Assembly: GCF_000025665.1 (NCBI RefSeq)
Contig: NC_013926.1
Location: 750,001-782,000, forward strand
Direction: 5' to 3'
Length of the DNA: 32,000 nucleotides
Source: Aciduliprofundum boonei T469
GTDB taxonomy: Archaea; Thermoplasmatota; Thermoplasmata; Thermoplasmatales; Aciduliprofundaceae
Shown: positions 9,801 to 16,107 of the stretch, one piece after another
Position numbering within the stretch: position 1 is the first letter of the stretch
How the letters are laid out: every line of letters starts with the position of its first letter
Position numbers and translations under genes: made by a program
Notes under the pieces: model-generated
Told to the model about the DNA's origin: nothing
Seen by the model: only the letters and a program-made list of their open reading frames with translations
Database searches by the model: none

Positions 9801-11180
9801 TATAATGCAGCCACAGGTGCACCGCTGCCAAATGCTACAGTGTTCATGGCCGTATTCGGTACTGATTATGGATTCGGTGCTGATTGGGCAAACAATGTAG
9901 GTACATATGTATGGTGGGCAGGCCAGAGTGTTATCTGGGGAACAACTGATGCAAATGGTCAGTTTAGCTACACATTGAACACAAGTGCCCTTAGGGCAGA
10001 TCAGCCCATCTATGTAAGCGGTTGGATGGATGCATATGGGTATGGAGCCAATGCTATATGGACTGGTCTTGGATTTGACTTCCCGTACCTCTTTGGCGTG
10101 AAGGATGGCTTCATACTTCAGAGAGCACCAATAATGGGTATATCTAACATAATGGTTAACGAGTTCTATCTAAGTAACTCTCTGTGGACTACAATGATGA
10201 CCTTGAAGGTTGTTGATATCAATGGTCCTCTAGCTAATGTTACAGTGTCTGCTGATTGGACTCTTGGTAACTATGAAAATAACATAAATGTAACCACTAA
10301 TGCTCAGGGTATTGCTCAGTTTAATATAACAATAGAGCCAACAACGGCAGATAGTATTGTATCTGTCTCAATTATGCTCTCCTCGCCTGACCATGCAATG
10401 AATCTCAACTATGAGTACTATATACCATTCTTATCAGGAGCATCACAGCTTTCAAAGATACAAACATTTGACTGTGTGAAAATATTAACTGAATCCTCGA
10501 ATGTAGGTCTAGTGCCTTACGAAGGAAAGGCAACTATTAGATTGCATCTTATAGGAGGACTTTTGGGAACACCTATTTCAGGTGAACAAGTACATCTTTA
10601 TGTACCAGCAGGTACATTAGACAATTCTAGCGTGTTTACTGATGAAAATGGTACAGCGGTATTTACATACAATGCTCCCGATGTACTTACACCAAAACAT
10701 TATGTTTTCGTTGCAACTACCCCTGAAGGTGGAATATACTTCTTCGGAGTGGAAGTTGCTGGCAAATACAACAATACCTTAGAATGGGCTAATGAAATTA
10801 ACAGCCTTAATCAGAAGATTGCAGACCAGAGCTCACAGATACAGGATCTACAGAACAAGTACAATAATCTCAATACCGAATACAAGAACTTGCAGGACAA
10901 GTATAATAGCTTGCAGACAAACTACACAAATCTAGGCAAGCAGAAAGATAATGCAGTGACAATGCAGTATGTATGGCTCTCTCTGTTCATCATAATGATA
11001 ATCATAGCAATAGTGATGTACTATGCAGGCAAGAAGAGCGGAGCAAAGAGTGCACCTAGTGAAGAAGAGAGTACAGAAGAGGAAATCGAGGAAGAAGAGG
11101 AGCCTACAGAAGAAATAGAGGAAGAAACCGAAGAGGGCTCTGAGGAAGAGACCTCAGAGGAGGAAAATACAGAGGAGTAA
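6867..11180 (+). CDS. Giant surface protein with a family-5 (peptide/nickel type) solute-binding domain on an Ig-like stalk
   Basis: Domain order along the 1437 aa:
- aa 1-35: signal peptide (MKKILLVTLVLAAMVLSGFSVMSGNAAAAA).
- aa ~44-585: SBP_bac_5-like (LVVAFQNDISNLNIFDP...LALSATPDASGLNVTVQLRHNVTFQDGQPMTAEDVVFSY).
- aa 590-599: G10 hinge.
- aa ~605-1298: six repeats of about 115-130 aa. Each carries a T[DN]xxGxAxF signature, at aa 639, 771, 898, 1027, 1144 and 1258.
- aa 1311-1359: seven heptads.
- aa ~1366-1388: TM helix followed by KK.
- The last 40 aa contain 26 Glu.

There are about 20 N-x-S/T sequons. SD GGGAGGA lies 8 nt upstream of the ATG. Confidence 0.85.
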   Translation: MNERSMKKILLVTLVLAAMVLSGFSVMSGNAAAAAPKVSAANNGNLVVAFQNDISNLNIFDPTTNTVWKADALGWAFESLYSYTPDLIPYPNLALSATPDASGLNVTVQLRHNVTFQDGQPMTAEDVVFSYQTLYWDSLYKTTLQCLYWPTPKWPLWNGNGTSHIGVVATGKYTVVFHLYQPYPLFYQVTLGNTIIPEHIWVKHLVSAGTGDSDDMTIDTSWNAPGATIGTGPFKFVEWKPGNYVKIEVYKNYWGKGLSTPWRGKNWPWYPEYVRTITFRIYNTLDTAVLALKRGEVQFIDWSLPPGYYNQLKTDPNIGATIVNDQGFFYLAFNMRKEPMSDLAFRTAVAHCINKDYIVTTLMQGYGTKGTVPISITSGAYVNTSAIPPGFDLNAAQQVLDQAGYKVGSDGWRHAPDGSPIKETILTPPKDYDPIRAEAGIMIQANLQKVKLNIQSIPTNFDTIVSKAFVQVQFDMYILGWGVGAFPETYLEDFFASWNAAPVGDNTPGYHNPKVDKLLIEIRTDMNTQDRINKIKEIEGILVHDLPYDVLYYRKNIMAYRQDMWQGWVAAYGTIWNGFSLGVLHPPTSGGGGGGGGGGHHPGPITNVTGSGLVGAVGHLYTPNIAYAGHSINGVFYLTDQNGIPIPNAKVSIYASNGVWANGTTGSSGGLAFNVPLKFEDYGKVNITYSYSVKIGGHVYNGSGTNSVTVYLPKNVAKLKLSIDKPILTPGASATITAKVTDIYAHPLAGVNVTILSEETSGSITPGYGITNSDGIATFHYTAPTMVTNINPVDIVKAQIKVNNTILTNLQTATLFVPIQSHGSSWYKVQITHVSSYGITAGQSTQVTVKVVNINGNPVANHKVYMAAYYSNATDPNWYGQQLVPAWGITMDSNEKTTDSNGEATFTITANENANIPVILKAYTQDTYMAYDTVQIYVGNNTGFDPYIGPWTGLYAMDMQLNKVTAGVGQQVQVTMTVYNAATGAPLPNATVFMAVFGTDYGFGADWANNVGTYVWWAGQSVIWGTTDANGQFSYTLNTSALRADQPIYVSGWMDAYGYGANAIWTGLGFDFPYLFGVKDGFILQRAPIMGISNIMVNEFYLSNSLWTTMMTLKVVDINGPLANVTVSADWTLGNYENNINVTTNAQGIAQFNITIEPTTADSIVSVSIMLSSPDHAMNLNYEYYIPFLSGASQLSKIQTFDCVKILTESSNVGLVPYEGKATIRLHLIGGLLGTPISGEQVHLYVPAGTLDNSSVFTDENGTAVFTYNAPDVLTPKHYVFVATTPEGGIYFFGVEVAGKYNNTLEWANEINSLNQKIADQSSQIQDLQNKYNNLNTEYKNLQDKYNSLQTNYTNLGKQKDNAVTMQYVWLSLFIIMIIIAIVMYYAGKKSGAKSAPSEEESTEEEIEEEEEPTEEIEEETEEGSEEETSEEENTEE
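8634..8663 (+). repeat. In-frame (GGN)10 simple repeat encoding a Gly10 hinge
   Basis: The sequence gga ggc ggc ggt gga ggc ggt ggc ggt ggc is read directly from the window. It is flanked by PPTS and HHPGP. Confidence 0.95.
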
Positions 11181-11185
11181 TCCTC

Positions 11186-11208
11186 TTTTAACTTTTTATT
11201 TTATTTTT
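11186..11208 (+). terminator. Oligo-T tracts downstream of the giant gene (candidate archaeal terminator), embedded in the 3' codons of the opposing pheT
   Basis: Four T4-T5 runs (11186-11189, 11193-11197, 11199-11202, 11204-11208) start 6 nt after the stop at 11178-11180. On the other strand the same bases encode the pheT C-terminus ...SKIK*. Confidence 0.4.
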
Positions 11209-12803
11209 GAGAGATTTAACTCCATTGCAATTGTTGGATATCCAAGTTCAAAATTTTCTAAGACCTCTGGATGTATTTCTCCAAAGAATCCTATTTCATC
11301 ACCTTTATAAATTCCAGCTGCCCTGCCAGAAATGAAGCTATTGTGCTCTATTTCCCTTATTACATATTCTTCAATACCCAAATCTCTCAATATTGCCTCT
11401 GCATAGGATTTGCTTAGTGTGAAGTTTGCCGAAGAATCGATATACAATAATGCAAGATGCTCCTCCTTTTTTTCTTTTATCACATATCCAATCTCAAATA
11501 TTTTTTGTGGTAGTTCCCTATGCTTGTTTTTGCGAAGAATTTCCATCAAGGAAGGAATGAGCCAGCTGCGCAGAGTGGTTCCATCCTCTGTTATTGGGTT
11601 TTCTATTTCCACAAAGTTCTTTCTTGGCAATCTCATGGCATCATACTGAATTTGGGGAGAGGTAATTGTCAGGGTTGTAACCTCTGAAAAACCAAGTCCA
11701 AGCATAATTTTCCTCACTACATTTTCGAAATCCTTTATTGTACTTCCTATCTTCTCCTTTCTTGGTAGAGAAGCTCGAAAATACTGAAAAGTTAGACCCT
11801 TGGCGATATCTTCGATTATATCCACTGGATGGAGAATATCCATTCTGTATGGTGGCACAGTGACTTTTATGCTTCTATCCCCAATTTCAACATCAAAACG
11901 CATTCTTTGCAGGGAATTCAAGATTTCCTCATCACTTAATTTTTTTCCGAGGATTTTTGCAATGTACTCTTTTTCTACTTCTATTTTGGTATACTCTAAT
12001 TTCGGGGTTTTGATGGATTTATCTGGGTATATTACCTCAACTCTTTCAATTGAAGCGCCTCTATCTGCAAATGAGCATGCTAAAATATTGAGTACAGAGT
12101 TCAGTGTATTCAAATCCGTGCCAGTTATGTCAATGAATATATTTCTAGTTTCATGGGTTATTTGAGTTAAGGTGCCATTGATTATTGGAGGAAATGATAG
12201 AACATTTCCCTGAGAATCAAGTATTATTGGGTATGCTTTTAAATTTTCAAGAATATGTGCATACTCTACACCTTTGGGGTGCTTTTTTAGAATCTCTTTT
12301 AAGCTCATCTCATTTTTAAATCCCAATGGAATGAATTTGAAATTTTCATCCTTTGGAACATAGTAAAATGGAGGAGTGACTTTATTAAAATCGTGCAGTC
12401 CTATTGCCAATTTTTTTCTTTTTCTCCCTACGGTTATGTGCAGTTTTTCTTGAAAGTCCATCATGCTCTTTATCATTAAATCGTCCACTTCTATATCCCT
12501 AATTACGGCTCCCACGATGTAAGGCCTTATATTCTTCATTTCTTCATCTACAAATATTTTCACATTTCCATCATCCGCATAATATTTCGGAGCGCCTTTC
12601 TCAATGCCCCAAAATCCCCTGATGGCTCTTACTACACCCTCAATTGTGTACAAATCAGGTCTGTCTGGGAAAAATTCCACACGGAGCTCCTTCTCATCCA
12701 ACTCTTTAAAATCTGCACCAAGCATATTTACATCTTTTACAAATTTATCTTCGTCAATATTGAATCTTCTAAGCTCATCTCTTTGTAATCTTATAACTGG
12801 CAT
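11196..12803 (-). CDS. pheT: Phenylalanine--tRNA ligase beta subunit (archaeal type)
   Basis: MPVIRLQRDELRRF N-terminus and an archaeal PheT length of about 535 aa. The B3_4/B5-like central region and C-terminal catalytic-like fold are present (FGEIHPEVLENFEL). I prefer ATG 12803 over the upstream TTG at 12812 used by the ORF track. Confidence 0.9.
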   Translation of the reverse strand: MPVIRLQRDELRRFNIDEDKFVKDVNMLGADFKELDEKELRVEFFPDRPDLYTIEGVVRAIRGFWGIEKGAPKYYADDGNVKIFVDEEMKNIRPYIVGAVIRDIEVDDLMIKSMMDFQEKLHITVGRKRKKLAIGLHDFNKVTPPFYYVPKDENFKFIPLGFKNEMSLKEILKKHPKGVEYAHILENLKAYPIILDSQGNVLSFPPIINGTLTQITHETRNIFIDITGTDLNTLNSVLNILACSFADRGASIERVEVIYPDKSIKTPKLEYTKIEVEKEYIAKILGKKLSDEEILNSLQRMRFDVEIGDRSIKVTVPPYRMDILHPVDIIEDIAKGLTFQYFRASLPRKEKIGSTIKDFENVVRKIMLGLGFSEVTTLTITSPQIQYDAMRLPRKNFVEIENPITEDGTTLRSWLIPSLMEILRKNKHRELPQKIFEIGYVIKEKKEEHLALLYIDSSANFTLSKSYAEAILRDLGIEEYVIREIEHNSFISGRAAGIYKGDEIGFFGEIHPEVLENFELGYPTIAMELNLSKIK

Positions 12804-12835
12804 AGATACCAAAAAGATGTATGGTAAAAAAAGTT

Positions 12836-13303
12836 TTACCTTATCTCTCTCAAAGCGAGTTCAACAGCCTCATCGGGAGAGCTCACCTCTATGTAGTTTC
12901 CTTTTGTTATTTTTTCTTTCTCTAATTTCCAAGAATTTAGCGCAATTACCGTCTTTCCCTCATTCAAGGCAAAGGATATTTCGGATAATGTACCCACAAA
13001 ACCATCTATTGCAATTAGAACATCTGCACTTCTGACCAATAGATGATTTCTCGCCATGCCATAATATGTTGGAATGGCAATATCGATATAGGGATTCGCT
13101 TCTTCTTTGCCATAGGGTAAAATTCCAATGGTCAATCCACCTGCGTCTTTTGCACCCTTTGAAGCGTGGAGCATAACTCCACCTAAGCCACCAGAAGCTA
13201 GGATGCAGTTATTCTTTGCAATGAGTTCCCCAACCCTGTATGCAATCTTGCAAATCTCTTCTTCGCATGTAGATCCACCTATGACACCAATGATGGGAAA
13301 CAT
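12836..13303 (-). CDS. TIGR00725-family (LOG/SLOG-like Rossmann) protein
   Basis: IGVIGGS...LASGGLGGVMLHASKGAKDAGGLTIGILP...RNHLLVRSADVLIAIDGFVGTLSEISFA matches my recollection of the TIGR00725 / lysine-decarboxylase-like family pattern. Confidence 0.7.
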   Translation of the reverse strand: MFPIIGVIGGSTCEEEICKIAYRVGELIAKNNCILASGGLGGVMLHASKGAKDAGGLTIGILPYGKEEANPYIDIAIPTYYGMARNHLLVRSADVLIAIDGFVGTLSEISFALNEGKTVIALNSWKLEKEKITKGNYIEVSSPDEAVELALREIR

Positions 13304-13345
13304 AAAAACATAAAAGAAAAGAGTGAGTTAAAATTTTCTAAAAAT

Positions 13346-13759
13346 TTACCATCTATTGTTGTAGCTTCTCTTCCTATAGTTGTTGTACCTTCTATTGTAC
13401 TGCCTCTCATGCTCTTCGGCACTCATATCTAACTCTTCATTTATTTCTCCAAGCTCTTCCTCACTCTTCTTTATACTCCCATACTTTCCAACATTCAGGC
13501 GCATGTGCCCGCGCACTAGGGAGATATAGCCATTATCCACATATATTATCTCTCCCTCCTCAATCATATCTGCCTGCTCGTTCCAGAGGGACATTATTAT
13601 GGTTCCTGTCTCATCTCCCACAACGGCTTCAGTCACATGCTTCGTCTCACCATACTTGGTGTTAATCTCTTTTGGCTCTCCCTTATGCAGAACCTTTGCC
13701 AAAACATTAACTCTTTTGGCATTTGGGTTCAAGTCCTTTATTTTGGTTAATTCTTCCAT
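13346..13759 (-). CDS. Single OB-fold nucleic-acid-binding protein (short SSB/RPA-like)
   Basis: The KIKDLNPNAKRVNVLAKVL...TEAVVGDETGTIIMSLWNEQADMIEEGEIIYVDNGYISLVRGHMRLNVGKYGSI pattern is that of the one-OB-fold SSB class (crenarchaeal SSB / SOSS-B-like). A low-complexity tail of about 40 aa follows. Confidence 0.7.
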   Translation of the reverse strand: MEELTKIKDLNPNAKRVNVLAKVLHKGEPKEINTKYGETKHVTEAVVGDETGTIIMSLWNEQADMIEEGEIIYVDNGYISLVRGHMRLNVGKYGSIKKSEEELGEINEELDMSAEEHERQYNRRYNNYRKRSYNNRW

Positions 13760-13880
13760 TTTCTACACTTCCTTTTTCTTTAAGGCTAAAAGCCCAAGCA
13801 CTTTAAATGCTACTTGTATAAAAAACTTCGTATTCAGAAATATATTGACATGTTCTCTCAAGGCATACCAAAAGGGAAAG

Positions 13881-13890
13881 AAATTAAATA
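13881..13890 (+). promoter_or_regulatory. TATA box (AAATTAAATA) with a purine-rich BRE-like upstream stretch, serving the KaiC-like operon
   Basis: It is centred about 29 nt upstream of ATG 13915 and no SD intervenes. This spacing is expected for a leaderless archaeal transcript. Confidence 0.45.
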
Positions 13891-13914
13891 GATGTTGCCA
13901 ATTTAGATACCAGT

Positions 13915-14664
13915 ATGAAAGTAGTCCCACTGGGTATAAAGAACTTGGATGCTTTTCTTCCGGGTATTAGAGAGGAATCTTTAAACCTTATTTACGGTCC
14001 CCCAGGTTCAGGTAAGACAATATTTGCGATGCAGTATCTTGCTAGTGGGGCATTGAAAGGGGAGAGTGTATTGTATATTTCTCTTGACCAGCCAAGCTGG
14101 ATGGTAAAGGAGAATTTTGAGGATTTTGACATATTACTCGATGAAATTTATATTTTTGATGCGGTACCTGTAGTATCCAGTAAAGCTGAAGTCAAGCCAG
14201 TCAGAGAGGTTACACCCATCGCAAAACCTGCAAAGATGAAAAACGCAGAGAAGAGTAAGAAGTTGTTTGAGGCAGATGTTTTATCTTTGCGGGCCACATT
14301 GAAGAATGTGTTTGATAGAATTAAATTTGATAGGATTGTAGTTGATTCCATAACTTCTTTGAGATATTTTTATATGCGAGGCTTAAATCCCAGTGCAGCA
14401 GTGCACGCATTTCTAAATTTTTTAGAGGAAAGCTCTAACAGTGCTGTGATAGTTACTGCGGAGGATTATGATAACCTGCTTCCTGATAAGCCAATGATGG
14501 ATTCTGTGATGCTCTTAAACTCATCAAATAGGAGCTTTGAAATTGTGATAGAGAAAAGCACCGTGCCGTATACTATTGACAAAATACCGCTAACTCTCAC
14601 AAAAAAAGGATTTTCAGTTGACGAAAGATTTTTCATCAAATTCACCAGGAGGAAGGTTAAATGA
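13915..14664 (+). CDS. KaiC/RadB-like RecA-superfamily ATPase, divergent paralog 1
   Basis: Walker A GPPGSGKT and Walker B DRIVVDSITSL are present. The slot of the KaiC catalytic Glu-Glu reads YISLDQ. The C-terminal K-M-R-G motif is degenerate (IEKSTVPY). The stop overlaps the next start (ATGA). Confidence 0.75.
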   Translation: MKVVPLGIKNLDAFLPGIREESLNLIYGPPGSGKTIFAMQYLASGALKGESVLYISLDQPSWMVKENFEDFDILLDEIYIFDAVPVVSSKAEVKPVREVTPIAKPAKMKNAEKSKKLFEADVLSLRATLKNVFDRIKFDRIVVDSITSLRYFYMRGLNPSAAVHAFLNFLEESSNSAVIVTAEDYDNLLPDKPMMDSVMLLNSSNRSFEIVIEKSTVPYTIDKIPLTLTKKGFSVDERFFIKFTRRKVK

Positions 14665-15389
14665 GGGTAAAATTCGGTGTGGCAGGACTCGACAAGATGC
14701 TTGAGGGAGGGCTAATTAAGGGTAATACCTACCTTCTTATGGGTGATACGGGTACTGGTAAAACTATATTATCTGCAAGATTCTTACTTGAAGGACTAAA
14801 TAATGGGGAGAATTGTCTTTACATCTCTGTGGATAAGCACCCATCTTTAGTTCTCCAGAGAATTATGCTTGGATTTGGCTGGAATCTTAGCAGATTGCGT
14901 GTTATGGATGCTGTTCCAGTTGAGTTGCTCTATTCCACATCTCCATCTATAAAAGATATAACTGCAAAAGGGGAGATTAGAGCCGCTTATGAGGATTCGA
15001 GAAAATCAAAGGGAGGAGGCCTTAGTGTTGAGGCCCTGATCATAAAGGTAAACCAAGAACTTAAAAAGGGTAAGATAGATAGAGTAGTGTTGGACTCTCT
15101 TACCGTGTTCAAGAATTTTGCCGTTGAAGAGAGTCGATCTTTGCTAAGTATTCATAGGTTATTCACATTTTTCCAGAATATTGGAGCAACGACCATAATA
15201 ACCGCATCTGATAAGATGAATTTGTATGCTGAGATTCTCCTTAGTTCTGGAGTGATAAAACTGGAGAAGAATCCAAGCAATAGCGGGGAAGAGAGGTACA
15301 TCCGGATTTTGAAAATGCGTGGCTCTGGGTATGATCCAAGGGCCAAGAGGATGTATATAACTGAAGACGGGGTATTTGTTTTAAGATGA
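14661..15389 (+). CDS. KaiC/RadB-like RecA-superfamily ATPase, paralog 2
   Basis: Walker A GDTGTGKT and Walker B DRVVLDSLTVF are present. The Glu-Glu slot reads YISVDK. The KaiC-like C-terminus is canonical (RYIRILKMRGSGYDPRAKRMYITEDGVFVL). SD AGGAGG (14647-14652) lies inside the upstream gene. Confidence 0.8.
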   Translation: MRVKFGVAGLDKMLEGGLIKGNTYLLMGDTGTGKTILSARFLLEGLNNGENCLYISVDKHPSLVLQRIMLGFGWNLSRLRVMDAVPVELLYSTSPSIKDITAKGEIRAAYEDSRKSKGGGLSVEALIIKVNQELKKGKIDRVVLDSLTVFKNFAVEESRSLLSIHRLFTFFQNIGATTIITASDKMNLYAEILLSSGVIKLEKNPSNSGEERYIRILKMRGSGYDPRAKRMYITEDGVFVLR

Positions 15390-15422
15390 AATTTTATATA
15401 CTCCAAAATTTATAATGTTTTG

Positions 15423-15818
15423 ATGGGCTATGAAATCCCCAAGGAGGACGAAGTCAAAGAGATACTGCTTAAAATTATGAAGAGAAGGGGTATAATTGAG
15501 TCTCAAGCAGAGTTGCATAGGGAGGTAGTAAAACATCTTAAAAGAAGGAACAAGGATTATAAATTGAGTGAAAAAAGAATGAGAATAATCGCCCTTGCCA
15601 CAGGTAAGGTTAGGATAGAAATAAGGTACAAACTTACAGATAAAATCATAGAAAGTATGGATAAGTGCCCAGTGTGCGGTGGGGATATGGTGAGAATAGA
15701 GAATTCAACTCTTGATGGAGAGAATGTTATTATAGGGTTCAAATGCACCAAGTGCCCTTACTGGACAGGAAGGAATTTGAGGGTTCCCATAAGGTACATA
15801 TTTCGTTACAGGGGTTAA
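15423..15818 (+). CDS. Hypothetical protein with a helical N-domain and a C-terminal CxxC...CxxC zinc ribbon
   Basis: CPVCGGDMVRIENSTLDGENVIIGFKCTKCPYW provides four Cys in ribbon spacing. The N-terminal half is basic and helical. I recognise no family. ATG 15423 is preferred over TTG 15420. Confidence 0.55.
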   Translation: MGYEIPKEDEVKEILLKIMKRRGIIESQAELHREVVKHLKRRNKDYKLSEKRMRIIALATGKVRIEIRYKLTDKIIESMDKCPVCGGDMVRIENSTLDGENVIIGFKCTKCPYWTGRNLRVPIRYIFRYRG

Positions 15819-16013
15819 TTATACCCATGTTGCTCGCTCCAACTCTCTATCTTTCTTTGTTTTCTTTTTGAATTCCTTATAATGCCTTTTGCAAAGATGT
15901 ACCTTTGTGCTTTTTCCGCCTTTGAGATTGAAAATTTTTTCTGCCTTCTTTCTGGATACCGTTTTAACTGCTACTTCATCGCATCCTACAACATCACATG
16001 TTTTCTCGCTCAT
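15819..16013 (-). CDS. Small basic zinc-finger-like protein (C-x4-C ... C-x2-H)
   Basis: In the 64 aa, CDVVGC...HLCKRHYKEFKKKTKKDRELE gives putative C2CH ligands and a Lys-rich tail. A TATA-like TATAATAATT (16033-16042) lies about 25 nt upstream. The gene sits divergent from rps6e. Confidence 0.5.
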   Translation of the reverse strand: MSEKTCDVVGCDEVAVKTVSRKKAEKIFNLKGGKSTKVHLCKRHYKEFKKKTKKDRELERATWV

Positions 16014-16107
16014 ATTTTAGCAATTTCTTCGTGTATAATAATTTTTGCCTCGAATCACGATAACTTTAAAATAAAAGTTACTATTATGCGGGTAAAGGTG
16101 ATATTGC

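Noticed and set aside
11058-11177. A GAA/GAG purine-rich tract that looked like a microsatellite or regulatory repeat.
   Set aside because: It is in frame and encodes the poly-Glu tail of the giant protein. There is no exact tandem unit at the DNA level.
12604-13035. A 143-aa plus-strand ORF spanning the pheT 5' end, the intergenic gap and the 3' end of the TIGR00725-family gene.
   Set aside because: It is antisense to two well-supported genes, Ser/Leu-rich and low-complexity, and has no start context.
13599-13970. A 123-aa plus-strand ORF crossing the OB-fold gene, the divergent promoter region and the start of the first KaiC-like gene.
   Set aside because: It overlaps two supported genes and runs through the TATA-rich promoter region. 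Its composition looks non-coding.
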